Source of the DNA: an uncultured Actinomycetes bacterium
GTDB taxonomy: Bacteria; Actinomycetota; Acidimicrobiia; IMCC26256; PALSA-610
Direction: 5' to 3'
DNA length: 64,000 nucleotides
NCBI GenBank assembly: GCA_963708105.1
Contig: OY970186.1
Coordinates: forward strand, 4,446,060 to 4,510,059
Positions within the stretch are counted from its first letter, which is position 1; every line of letters begins with the position of its first letter. The position numbers and the translations under genes are program-made. Below are positions 30,095-40,961 of this stretch, one piece after another. The notes beneath the pieces are model-generated. The model did not search any database. It had not been told where the DNA came from and was given only the letters and a program-made list of their open reading frames with translations.

Positions 30095-31667
30095 CTACAA
30101 GCCGACGGTGCCGCCCTCGGCCCGCGGATCCGAGCCGGCACCGGTAGCCGGGGCCGATGCACTCGATCGCGTGCGCGATACCCGGACCGTGGCGATAGCC
30201 GCGCACGACATCGATCTCGTGGCCGCGGCCGCGGAGGTCGTCGATCCACGCCGGATCGAAATGGTCCTCCATCGCGATGCGTCCGTTCGCGGGATCGATC
30301 GTGAACCGCGGCGCGCTGATCGCCCGCTGCGGATCGTCACCGTCGACGAGCATGCGCACCATCAGCTGCGTGTGGGTCTGCGCCTGACCGTGCCCGCCCT
30401 CGCTGCCGAACACGAGCCACGGCCGACCGTCGCGGAACGACATGGCCGGGATCAGCGTGTGCAAGCGGCATCTTGGCCGGGCCGATGCCGTTCGGGTGCG
30501 CGTCGTCGAGCACGAAGGCCGAGCCGCGGTTGTGGAGGTTGAGCCCCCACTCCCCGACGCGGAGGCCCGAACCCGCGCCGCTGAAGTTCGACTGGATCAG
30601 GCTGACCAGCATGCCGTCGCGGTCGGCCGCGCACATATAGATCGTGCCGCCGTCGGGTTCGGCGTGCGGACGCGCCGCGCCGCGCCCGCTGCGGATCGAT
30701 GTCGGCGCGGCGCGCCGCGATCCAGTCGTCGCGCAACAGGCGCTCGCGGCGCGATCGTCATCGCGTCGGGATCGCCGAGGTATTCGCGCCGGTCGGCGAG
30801 CGCGAGCTTGACCGCTTCGATCAAGCAGGTGTTCGCGATCGGGGCCGTCGGCGCCGAGATCGAGCCCGTCGACGATGCGCAGCGCCTCGAGCGCGGTCGA
30901 GCCCTTGCGTCGGCGGCGGCATCTCCAGGATCTCGACGTCGCGGAACGGCGCGCGCAGCGGCTCGACCCACGCGCCGGTGTGCGCGGCGACGTCGGCGGC
31001 GGTCATGCAGCCGCCCGCGCGCTTGCAGCCGCGTCGGCGATCGCCTCGCCGATCGGCCCGCGGTAGTACGCGTCGGGTCCGTCGGCGGCGAGCGTGCGGA
31101 TCGTGCGGGCGAGCTCGGGTTGGCGAATCCAATCGCCGGGCTCGACGTCGCCGTAGGCCTCGTGGAAATCGGGCAGGCCGAAGTGGTCGTAGAGGATCGC
31201 GCTCTGCTGGAAGAACCATGCGCCGCGCTTGGTGACGGGGAAGCCCTCCTCCGCGTAGTGCAACGCGCGCTGGACCAGCTCGCCGAACGAACGCGTCGCG
31301 AACTTCTCGATGAGCGTGAACCACGCCTCGACCGCGCCCGGCACCGTGACCGGATGCGGCCCGAACATCGGCATCTCCGGCTGCGCCGGACTGGGTCGCG
31401 CACGAAGTCGGCGGTCGCGCCCGCCGGCGCGCGCCCGACACCGCGGTACGCGTGCAGTTCGCCGTCCCAGACCATCGCGAGCAGGTCGCCACCGAAGCCG
31501 CACATGTACGGCGTGACGACCCCGAGGACGAAGTTCGCGGCGAACGCGGCGTCGATCGCGTTGCCGCCGTCGGCCAGCATCGCCGCGCCCGCGGCCGACG
31601 CCAGATAGTGCGGCGTGCACACCACGCCGTTCGGATACGCCCGCGCCTCCTCCAGCCACACGCTCAC
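30095..31667 (-). CDS. ggt: Gamma-glutamyltransferase family protein (at least 7 frame hops)
   Basis: GVVCTPHYLASAAGAAMLADGGNAIDAAFAANF, PDGGTIYMCAADRDGMLVSLIQSNF, HTLIPAMSFRDGRPWLVFGSEGGHGQAQTHTQLMV, AISAPRF are spread over seven ORF fragments. Confidence 0.85.
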
Positions 31668-31720
31668 GGCGCGCGGACGCTACGTGCCGCGGTCGGACCC
31701 GGTCAGCTAGTGTCGACCTC

Positions 31721-33322
31721 ATGGAGTTCAACCTCGCCGATCTGTTCGAAGCCGTCGCCGACGCGGTGCCCGACCGCCCCGCGGTCGATCGCCGGCGATC
31801 GCCGCCTCACGTACCGCGAGCTCGACGAGCGGGCGAACCGGGTCGCGCACTACCTGCGCGACGTCGGCGTGCTGCCCGGACAACACGTCGGCATCTACGC
31901 GTTCAACCGCGCGGAGTGGGTCGAGTCGATGCTCGGCTGCTTCAAGGCCCGGGCGGTGCCGATCAACGTGAACTACCGCTACGTCGTCGAGGAGCTGCGC
32001 TACCTGTTCGACAACGCCGACCTCGTCGCGCTTGATCTTCGAAGCCGAGTTCGGGCCGCACGTCGGCGTCGGTGCTCCCGGGCGTGCCGAAGCTGCGCCA
32101 CCTCGTCCAGCTCGACGACGGCACCGGCACCGACACCGAGGGCCTCGACGCGGTCGAGTACGAGCATGCGCTCGTCGGTCGCCGACCCGACGCGCGACGG
32201 GCTGCTCCCCCGCTCGGCCGACGACCTCTACGTCCTCTACACGGGCGGCACCACCGGCATGCCCAAGGGCGTGATGTGGCGCGCGGAGGACATCTTCTTC
32301 GCGGCCATGGGCGGCGGGAACTACGGCGGACCCGGGCATCGAAGCAGCCCGACGGACATCGCCAAGAACGTGAGCGCGTCGCCCGGGCGTGAGCTTCGCG
32401 CTCGCGCCGCTGATGCACGGCAACGCGCAGTGGTCGACTGTTCGTCGCACTGTTCGGCGGCAACACGGTGACGCTGAACGCGAGCCGCAAGTTCGACGCC
32501 GACGAGATCTGGGACCTCGTCGAGCGCGAGAACGTGACCGTCATCTCGCTCGTCGGCGACGCCATGGCCCGACCCGCTGGTCGACGCGCTCGCGCACCGG
32601 GCCGCGCCACCGTCGCTGTTCGCGCTCGTCTCCGGCGGCGCGATCCTCTCCCCCGCGATCAAGCAGGAGCTCAACGAACGCGCGCCGAACGTCGCGATCA
32701 TCGACGCGTTCGGCGCATCGGAGACGGGCGCCAACGGCGCGGTCGACGTCACCGACAAGGGTCCGCGCTTCCAGATGAACGAGTGGACGACCGTGATCAC
32801 CGAGACCGGCGACGTCGCGCCCGGTCGGCGAGGTCGGGCTGCTCGCCCGGCGCGGTCACGTTCCGGTCGGCTACTACAAGGACGCGGAGAAGACCGCGGC
32901 CACCTTCATCGAGATGCACGGCGTGCGCTGGGCGATTCCCGGCGACCGGGCCGTCATCGAGGACGACGGCAAGATCAACGTGCTCGGCCGCGGTTCGCAG
33001 TGCATCAACACCGGCGGCGAGAAGGTCTTCCCCGAAGAGGTCGAGGCCGTGTTGAAGAGCCACCCCGACGTGTTCGACGCGATCGTGGTCGGCGTGCCCG
33101 ACGAGCGGTGGGGCGAGACGGTCACCGCGGTCGTCGCGCCCGCGACCGGGCACACGCGTGACGCTCGAATCGCTGAGCGAGCACTGCCGCACCGCGCTCG
33201 CGGGCTACAAGGTGCCGCGGCGCATCGTCGTCGTCGACACCGTCGAGCGCACCCCCGCCGGCAAGCCGAACTACCGGTGGGCGAAAGAGATGGCGGTCGC
33301 GGCCGCGGCGTCCGACTCCTAG
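31721..33322 (+). CDS. Acyl-CoA synthetase / AMP-dependent ligase (at least 9 frame hops)
   Basis: LTYRELDERANRVAHYL, LYVLYTGGTTGMPKGVMW (AMP-binding motif), SGGAILSP, INTGGEKVFPEEVE, GVPDERWGETVTAVV, GYKVPRRIVVVDTVERTPAGKPNY. Confidence 0.85.
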
Positions 33323-33337
33323 ACGCGGTAGCTCGGC

Positions 33338-33634
33338 TTACGAGATCTCGTACTGCGCGGCCGAACGGCCCGCGAGGATCGGCGCGATCAGCTCCGCGAT
33401 GATCCGCTGGTGCTCAGGGTCGTCGCGGTAGGTGACGTAGTCGTCGAACGTCGCGAGATCCGCTACGACGGCAAACGTCGAGTTCCCCGTGCTGCGGCCG
33501 AGGTCGCGCCCGATGTTGTACGCGAGCAATTGCGGGAGCCGGGCCGGCAGCGTCGACAGCGCGTCGTCGACCGCTTGGATCTGTGCGTCGGTCGTGTCGT
33601 CGACGAACGTGAGGAGCGCAATGTGGCGAATCAC
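33338..33634 (-). CDS. Dabb (stress-responsive alpha/beta barrel) domain protein (intact)
   Basis: VIRHIALLTFVDDTTDAQIQAVDDALSTLPARLPQLLAYNIGRDLG...FDDYVTYRDDPEHQRI. The GTG overlaps the upstream SDR stop (GTGA). Confidence 0.75.
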   Translation of the reverse strand: MIRHIALLTFVDDTTDAQIQAVDDALSTLPARLPQLLAYNIGRDLGRSTGNSTFAVVADLATFDDYVTYRDDPEHQRIIAELIAPILAGRSAAQYEIS

Positions 33635-34373
33635 AACAACGCACCGTAGGCGCCGCCGTCGACCTGGATCGCAGTTCCGGTCACGTAGCGGGCGGTTTCG
33701 GAGCAGAGGAACGCACCGACGCGGCCGAAGTCGTCGGGATCGCCGAGCATCCCGGCCGGTATCCCGGCCGCGAGCGCGTCCGGCGATCCGTGCAGTTGCG
33801 TGACCCGCGCGGTTGCGTGCAGACCGGGAAGCAACGAGTTCACGGTGACACCGTCGGCCGCGATCTCCCGGGCGAGCGTGCGCAGGAAACCGGTGAGCCC
33901 GGCTCGGGCCGTGTTCGACAGGATGAGGTTCGGTATCGGTTGGCGCACCGCGATCGACGTGATGGCCACCACCCGTCCCCACTTGCGCTCGCGCATCTCG
34001 GGCACAGCCGCGTAACACATCGCGATCGCACCGCGGCAGTTGAGCTCGAACGCTTCCAGGTACTGGTCGACGGTCGTGTGCGCGAAGTCGCCTGCCGGCG
34101 GACCACCCGCGTTGAGCACGAGGATGTCGATGCCGCCCAGCGCGGCCCGCGCGTCGCGGACGAACCCTTCGGAGCCGTCGACGGTCGAGACGTCGGCCAC
34201 GATCGGAACTGCTTCGCCGTCGATTCCGGCGGCCGCGGCCTCGATCGTCTCCGGATCACGTCCGCAGATCGCAACCTTGACACCCTCGGCCGCGAGCGCC
34301 TGGGCGACCCCGAGACCGAGCCCCTCGAGGCCGCCGCCACCGCGGCGCGCTTTCCGCTTATCCCGAGATCCAC
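33631..34373 (-). CDS. SDR-family oxidoreductase (frame hops near the N-terminus)
   Basis: GIDILVLNAGGPP, ITSIAVRQPIPNLILSNTARAGLTGF, DGVTVNSLLPG. The N-terminus MDLGISGKRAAV... is in ORF 33840..34373. Confidence 0.8.
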
Positions 34374-34474
34374 GGGTAACCCCCTCGGTCGAATGCGCCC
34401 GATAGGCGAACGCTGCGGTCGTTCTACCCGACCACGGACTACCGGCCGGGACCGCGGGCCCTTATCCTCCGCCC

Positions 34475-36184
34475 ATGCACGATCTCGTTATTCGCGGCGG
34501 AACAGTGGTCGACGGGACGGGGGCCGCTCCGGTCGCGGCCGACGTGGCCATCGACGGGGATCGCATCTCCGCCGTCGGCCTCGTGCCCGATGCGGGTCGC
34601 CACCGAGATCGACGCGCGCGGCGCGCTACGTCACGCCGGGTTTCGTCGACGTCCATACACACCTCGACGCACAGATGGCGTGGGATCCCGACGCGACGTC
34701 GTCGTGTTGGCATGGGGTCACATCGGTGGTGCTCGGCAACTGCGGCGTCACGTTCGCACCCGTGCGCAAGGGCCAGGAGCGTTGGCTCGCCGAGCTCATG
34801 GAGTCGGTCGAGGACATCCCCGCCGACGCGATCCTCCAGGGCCTTTCCTGGAACTGGGAGACCTACGGCGAATACCTCGCCGCGATCGACGCGCTCCCGA
34901 AAGGCGTGAACGTCGGCGGGATGGTCGGCCATTGCGCGGTGCGGCACTTCGCGATGGGCGATCGCAGCCTCGACGAGACCCCCGCCACCGACGACGACAT
35001 CGCCGCGATGTGCGATCTCGTCGACGAAGCAATGGGCGCGGGCGCGCTCGGCTTCTCGACCTCGCGCACGTTGTTGCACCGCGTCCCCGATGGCCGTCCG
35101 GTGCCGGGCACGTGGGCCGACGAACGCGAACTGCTCGCGATCGCCGACGTGCTCGGTCGGCGCGGCCACGGCGTATACGAGGTCGCACCGCGCTTCGAGC
35201 GCCCCGGCGCGAACTACGAAGGAACACGCGCCGAGATGCACTGGATGGCCGAGATCAACCGGCGCACCGGTCGGCCCGTCACCTTCGGCCTCGCGCAGAG
35301 CAACGCGGGCCCGGAGCTGTTCCGCAAGATCCTCGAGCTCGTCGACGAGGAAGGCGCGGCCGGCGGCGAGCTGCGCCCGCAGACGACTGCCCGCGGCATC
35401 GGCCTGCTCTTCGGGCTGCAGCACCGCACGTTCTTCGACCGCGCACCGCGTGGACCGCACTGCAAGCGTTGCCGCTCGACGACGCGACTCGTCGCGCTGC
35501 GCGACGACGCCCGCCGGGCCGAGCTGCTCGCCGAAGCGGAAGACGGAACACTCCGCCGCTCGACTGGAACGGCGTGTACGTGCTCACCGCCGACGCGGTC
35601 GACTACTCCGCCGATCCGCGAAACTTCGCTTGCCGCCCACGCGCAGCGCAACGGCGAGACGCATCGCGGCGGCGTTCGTCACGCATCTCGCTCGAGAGCC
35701 GAGGGCCGGGCGCTTTTCAACTACCCGTTCCTCAACCAACGCATGGACGCGGTCGAGGAGCTGCTCGACCACCCGCAGATGGCGATCGGGCTCGGCGACT
35801 CCGGTGCGCACGTCGGCCTCATCATGGATGCCTCGCTCCCGACGTGGTTCCTCCTGCACTGGGTGCGCGACCGCGCCAAGTACACGATCCAGGACGCCAT
35901 CCGCCGGATGACCTCCGACACCGCCGACCTGTTCGGCGATTCCCGAACGCGGCGTGCTGCGCGCCGGTGCGTTCGCCGACGTCAACGTGCTCGATCTCGA
36001 CGCGCTCGCCCTGCACCTCCCGGAGTTCGTCCACGACTTCCCGGCGGGCGCGGGTCGTTACGTGCAGCGCGCAGACGGCTACCGCACGACGATCGTCAAC
36101 GGCGCCGTCTTCGTCGACCACGGCGAGCCGACCGGTGCGCACGCCGGACGCACGTTGCGATCGTCCCGCCCGACCCCGGAATGA
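34475..36184 (+). CDS. Amidohydrolase, N-acyl-D-amino-acid deacylase family (frame-shifted)
   Basis: MHDLVIRGGTVVDGTG, YVTPGFVDVHTHLD, HGVTSVVLGNCG, GALGFSTSR, IGLGDSGAHVG, C-terminus VNGAVFVDHGEPTGAHAGRTLR. Confidence 0.8.
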
Positions 36185-36321
36185 CCCGGCCGGACGCGCC
36201 ATATGCCGGAGTTCTGACGCGTCGCGACCGCTACTATCAGTCGCTGATACTCGGCTGTTGCGCGCTGCGCTGGGTGGGAAACATCAATTGACGCTTCGGC
36301 CGCTCCGACACCGCTCGGCCC

Positions 36322-38321
36322 GTGACTACACCCACGACTGACACGCGTCCCGCGACGCTCCGCTATCTCCCCGGGCTCGACGGCCTGCGCGCCATCTCGG
36401 TGCTGGCTGTCATCGTGTTCCACCATTATCTGGTCGGTGGGCACGAAGCCGGGTTGGGCACCCGGGGGCTTTCTCGGCGTCGAGGTTTTCTTCGTCGTCA
36501 GCGGCTACCTCATCACGTCGCTGTTGCTGAGCGAGCGGCGCGACACCGGCAGGTGTCGCTGCGCGAGTTCTACGTCCGGCGGGCCCGACGTCTGCTCCCC
36601 GCGCTCTATCTGCTGCTCGCGGTCGTCATCGCGTACTCGCTGTTGTTCCTGCCCGACGCGATCGGCACGTTGCGCGGCGACGTCATCGCCGCGCTCACCT
36701 ACACCAGCAACTGGTGGCAGATCATCGCCGCACCACTCGTACATCGCCGAGGCCGGCCGGCCGGAGCTGTTGAAGCACCTGTGGTCGCTCGCGATCGAAG
36801 AGCAGTACTACCTCGCGTGGCCGTTCCTGTTGATGTTCGGGCTGCGCAAGCTCGGCCGGCAACGGATGATCGGCGCGATGCTCGTGCACCGCGCTCTTCT
36901 CGACGGTGCTGCTCGCGTGGTTCGCGCACGGAAGCATCGACTTCGCGTACTACTCCACGTTCACGCGCCTGTCCGGGCTCCTGCTCGGCTCCGTGTTCGC
37001 GTTCTACTTCGCGCCGTACCGGATCCGCGGCCTACCCGGTCGGGGCGCACGTGTCGCCCTCGACGTGGCCGGTGCGTTCGGCTTGCTCGTGCTGCTCGGT
37101 TCGTTCGGGATGCTGCATCACTTCGGGATCAACGGCTACAGGTTCCCCACCTCGCGCTTCGACGACCTCTCGGTCTTCCACGGCGGTTTCCTGCTCGTCG
37201 ACCTCGCCTCGCTGCTCGTCATCGCGGCCGCGGTGCACCCGCCTCCGATGTCGGGCGCGCGCTCGGCTGGAAACCGTTGCGCTGGATCGGCGTGCGCTCG
37301 TACAGCCTCTACCTCTGGCACTACCCGATCTTCTGCGTCACCCGGCCCGGGCTCGACATCCATCGGCTCGGCATCTGGTTCCTGTCGATCCGCTACGCGG
37401 GCTGGCCGGTCTTCGTCGTTCGCCTGGTCCTCTCGTTCGCGGCGGCCGAGATCTCGTTCCGTTTCGTCGAAACCCCGATCCGCAAGGGCGCGATCGGCCG
37501 CTACCGCGATGGCGTCCGCGAAACCGCAGGCGGCGACCCGACAGCGCCTGGTTCGGCGCGGCGCGGTGATCGTGCGGCGCGGGCGCACTGCTCACGCTGA
37601 TGCTCGGCACCGGGCTCGCGACGCGCGACTGCGCAGCCGTCGAGCGTCCCCGGTGTGGAGGCGAGCGGCTCCGAGAACGGCGCCAAGATCGATCCGAACG
37701 CACTGCAACAACTTCTCGGCGGAACCTCGACGACGACGCCCGTCGACCACTCCGACAACGCGTTCGACGGGCGTGGGCCACAAGTCGACAACGACCACGA
37801 CCCCCAAGACCTCGACCACGCACCCGACCGTCACCCCCGCGCACGTTCTCGGGATCGGCGACTCGGTGATGCTCGGCGCGAGCACGAGTCTGCGCACGGC
37901 TATTCCGGGCATGGCCGTCGACGCGATCAAGAGCCGTCAGTTCGGCGAGGCGATCTCGATCGTGCAGCAGTACAAGAGTCTCGGCGCGCTACCGACGACG
38001 CTCGTCATTCATCTCGGTACCAACGGCCGTATCACCGACGACGTGTTCAACGAGATGATGCAGGCGATCGGCCCCGGCCATCAGGTGTACTTCCTGACCG
38101 CGCGCGTGCCGCGCCTTTGGGAGACGGAAGTGAACGCCGCGCTGCATTCCGGCGCGACCCGGTGGAAGAACGTGCACATCCTCGAGTGGCACAACTTCTC
38201 TACCTGTCACGCCGACTGGTTCGTGGAGGACGGCTTCCATCTCCGCACCGAGGGCCAGCACGAGTACGCCAACTTCGTGCGCCTCGGCCTCCTCGGCCAA
38301 GCCCCCACCACCTGCAAATAA
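36322..38321 (+). CDS. Acyltransferase-3 (OafA/YrhL-like) membrane protein with C-terminal SGNH domain (frame-shifted up to about 37850)
   Basis: [62 protein letters not shown]-terminus LGIGDSVMLGAS...VIHLGTNG. Confidence 0.8.
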
Positions 38322-38330
38322 GCGAACCGG

Positions 38331-38363
38331 CGTGAGTTGGGTGCGATATACGCACCTAACTCA
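38331..38363. terminator. Hairpin between convergent genes (candidate bidirectional terminator)
   Basis: GTGAGTTGGGTGCG ATATA CGCACCTAACTCAC: 14-nt arms (one G-T pair), AT loop. Lies 10 nt after stop 38321 (+) and 25 nt from stop 38388 (-). Confidence 0.55.
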
Positions 38364-38387
38364 CGACAGTTCGCACAATCAACGGTG

Positions 38388-38625
38388 CAAGACCCAGTCG
38401 ATGAGCTGGAGGAAGCGGTAGCCGAGGTAGACGGCGAGCGCGGAGCCCATGAGTTTGAGGTGCCAGGGGACGGCGGGGGCCGGTCTCGTCGGCGGGGCGG
38501 GTCGTCATGCCCGGGATCAGCCCCCGTTCGACCACCTTGCCGCATTTCGGGCAAGTGGCGTCGGGGAGCACCGTCGACGGTGTCAGGAACTTGTTGCAGC
38601 TCACGCACCACGGCATCGAGCCCAT
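38388..38625 (-). CDS. Small zinc-ribbon / single-TM protein (one frame hop)
   Basis: MGSMPWCVSCNKFLTPSTVLPDATCPKCGKVV... The C-terminus read in another frame is PAPAVPWHLKLMGSALAVYLGYRFLQLIDWVLHR. Confidence 0.5.
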
Positions 38626-38800
38626 TGCATCACGGAAGAGGTATCCAAACCGACCCCAGTGTGACGGGAGCAACAGCGGAGCCGGACCGAACGTTCGGCG
38701 GAGCCCCCGCTTCGGGTCGCCGCCGCGAGCGACCCAAGACATAGGTCACAACTGGGATTCGGGTGTCGGGTCGGGGGTGTCAGGCGCCGATCATCTGAGC

Positions 38801-39476
38801 GTGGCAACCGACACCAACCGCGCACTCACCGTCGCCGGGGCCCGACCCATCCGGGTCGGCGCGTTGGCGCGGGTCGAGTTCGCGAACGGCGACGTGTGGT
38901 CGGGCCGGGTCAGCTACGTCAGTGGTGAGCTCGTCGGTCTGAAGGCGTCGACGCTGGTGGCGGGGCGCGTCCGTGAGGGCGACACCGTCACGCTGGTGGT
39001 CGGCAAGGGTGAGTCGATGTCGGCGGCCCAGGCCCGGGTGCTCTCGGCATCGGGTTCGTTCATGCGCCTGTCGCGCAAAGAGTCGTCGGAGGGTCTCGAG
39101 CGCCGGCGGGCACTCCGGGTGCCGGTCGAGCAGGACGTACAGGTCGGCTACACCGCGCCCGGGCGCCGAGGGCGTCCGCACCTGCACCGCAGTCTTGACC
39201 GATATGTCGGCTTCGGGGTGTGCGGTCCGGACCACGACCGAGCTCCCGGTGGGTTGCATCGTGTCGGTGGCGCTCCGCATCGTCGGGACCGACCTCAACC
39301 TCACCGGCAAGGTCGTGCGGGCCTGGCGGGCGGATGACCCGGTCGGCGAGCACGCGGGCATCCAGTTCGATCCGGTTGCGGCGAGCGTCACCGCGATGAT
39401 CAACCGCTACCTGATCGAGCAGCTCCGGGAGACGTCGAATCCCCGGACCAACTGCGGGCGCCGGGATCCGGCCTGA
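38801..39476 (+). CDS. PilZ-domain protein, YcgR-like two-domain layout (one frame hop near 39170)
   Basis: RRRALRVP (RxxxR) followed about 30 aa later by LTDMSASGCAV (DxSxxG), the canonical c-di-GMP binding pair. An N-terminal beta-rich domain precedes it. GTG 38801 is a candidate start. Confidence 0.75.
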
Positions 39477-39577
39477 CCCGTCGGCAATCAGGTCCGGCCC
39501 GGCCGCTCGCCGGTTCGGGCCGCTCAACTCTGCGGTCGCGGCGCCGATCGAGGACCCATGAAACCGCGTGGGCGCAA

Positions 39578-40370
39578 ATGAGCCAATTCGACGAAGTCCT
39601 GGCGTCTCCGGAATGGGCGTTCACGCTCGCCGGTGCGCTCGAACAGCAACTCGGCGACGATCGCATCCTGACCGTCGGTTCGCCGCGGCCGAGCCCCGAA
39701 GAGGTCCTGCGCGACGAGCCGACCCGCACCGTCGCGCTGCGCTTCACGACTGGCGACGGCCAAGCCGGCTCCATCGCGCTCGTCGCGCTCACGTCGTTCG
39801 CGGAAGCGCTCGAACGGGCGGCCTCGGACGAGATCCTGTTGACGTCGTGCGCGTCGGCGCTCGACGCCGCGGCGCGCACGATCGGCGAGCAGGCCACCGT
39901 GGAACTCGAATCCGAAGCCGCCTACGAAACCGATCCGGAGCGCGCCGTCGACGACCCGGACGACGCCGGCCTCGCGGTCTATCCGCTCGTCGACGGCAGC
40001 GATCTGTTGGGTTGTCTCGTGCTGCGCATCACGTCCGGTGCGCAGGCCGCGGCAACAGTCGCCGCGCCGACCGACGCCCAGGGCAACGCCACCGGCGCGG
40101 CGCGGTCCGGATCGAACTCCGGCCCGTCGTACGTGTTGGCCGACGTCGAGATGGGTGTCACCGCCGAGCTCGGCCGTTGCCGCATGACGGTGCGCGAACT
40201 GCTCTCGATCACGCCCGGCGCGGTGATCGACCTCGATCGCGCCGCCGGTGCGCCGGTCGATGTGCTCGGTGAACGGAACGCTGATCGCACGCGGCGAAGT
40301 CGTGGTGATCGACGAAGAGTTCGGAATCCGGATCTCGGAGCTCGTCCCCCAACCGGCCGCGGCGCGCTAG
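39578..40370 (+). CDS. FliN/FliY-like protein with C-terminal SpoA (FliN/YscQ) domain (one frame hop near 40268)
   Basis: After removing one G the C-terminus reads LADVEMGVTAELGRCRMTVRELLSITPGAVIDLDRAAGAPVDVLVNGTLIARGEVVVIDEEFGIRISELV, a textbook FliN C-terminal pattern. The N-terminal 190 aa are unassigned. Confidence 0.75.
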
Positions 40371-40396
40371 CGGCTTCGGCGATCGGACCCAGAACA

Positions 40397-40884
40397 ATGG
40401 CGGCCCACTATCCCGCACCGAACGAACAGACCGTCGAGGGATTCCTCAGCGCGCTCGTCTCGGTGCCGACGCACGTGGCCCGGGCCGCGTCGGCGGAACC
40501 CGAACGCGAGCCGACCGGCGTCATGGTCGAGTACGTCGCCGACGACGACTCGCTCGCCGCGATCGCGTTCGCCGATCACGACGCGGTGAACTTCGTCGGG
40601 GGCGCCGATCGCCGCGGTCGAGGCCGCGACCATCCAAGAGGTGAACGGCACGTCGACGTTGCACGACGCGGCGGTGGACGAGTTTCCACGACGTCGCGAC
40701 CGGCCTCGGCGCGACCATGAACGGCGAATACACCCCGCAGCTCCGGCTGTCGGAGGTACACCAACTGCCGGGCGAGCTCCGGGAAGAGATCAAAGAGCTC
40801 TGGCGCAAGCCCGCGGGCAAGCGTGCATACAGAGTTACGGTCGACGACTACGGGTCGGGCACCGTCATCCTCTATCTGAACTGA
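40397..40884 (+). CDS. Hypothetical protein, third gene of the PilZ/SpoA cluster (frame-shifted)
   Basis: MAAHYPAPNEQTVEGFLSALVSVP...VMVEYVADDDSLAAIAFADHDAVNFVGGA..., C-terminus GEYTPQLRLSEVHQLPGELREEIKELWRKPAGKRAYRVTVDDYGSGTVILYLN. No family recognised. Confidence 0.5.
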
Positions 40885-40924
40885 CTGGCTGAATTGACGG
40901 GCTGAACTAACGGGCTGCGGGCTG
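40876..40924 (+). promoter_or_regulatory. Three to four direct repeats CTGAAyTrAC at 13-nt spacing upstream of the phosphoesterase gene (candidate binding sites)
   Basis: CTGAACTGAC (40876), CTGAATTGAC (40889), CTGAACTAAC (40902), degenerate CTGCGGGCTG (40915). The first unit overlaps the upstream stop codon; the next gene's ATG is at 40962. Confidence 0.35.
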
Positions 40925-40961
40925 CCGTGCGTGCCGACGCCGGGCGCGCTAAACCGTCGCC

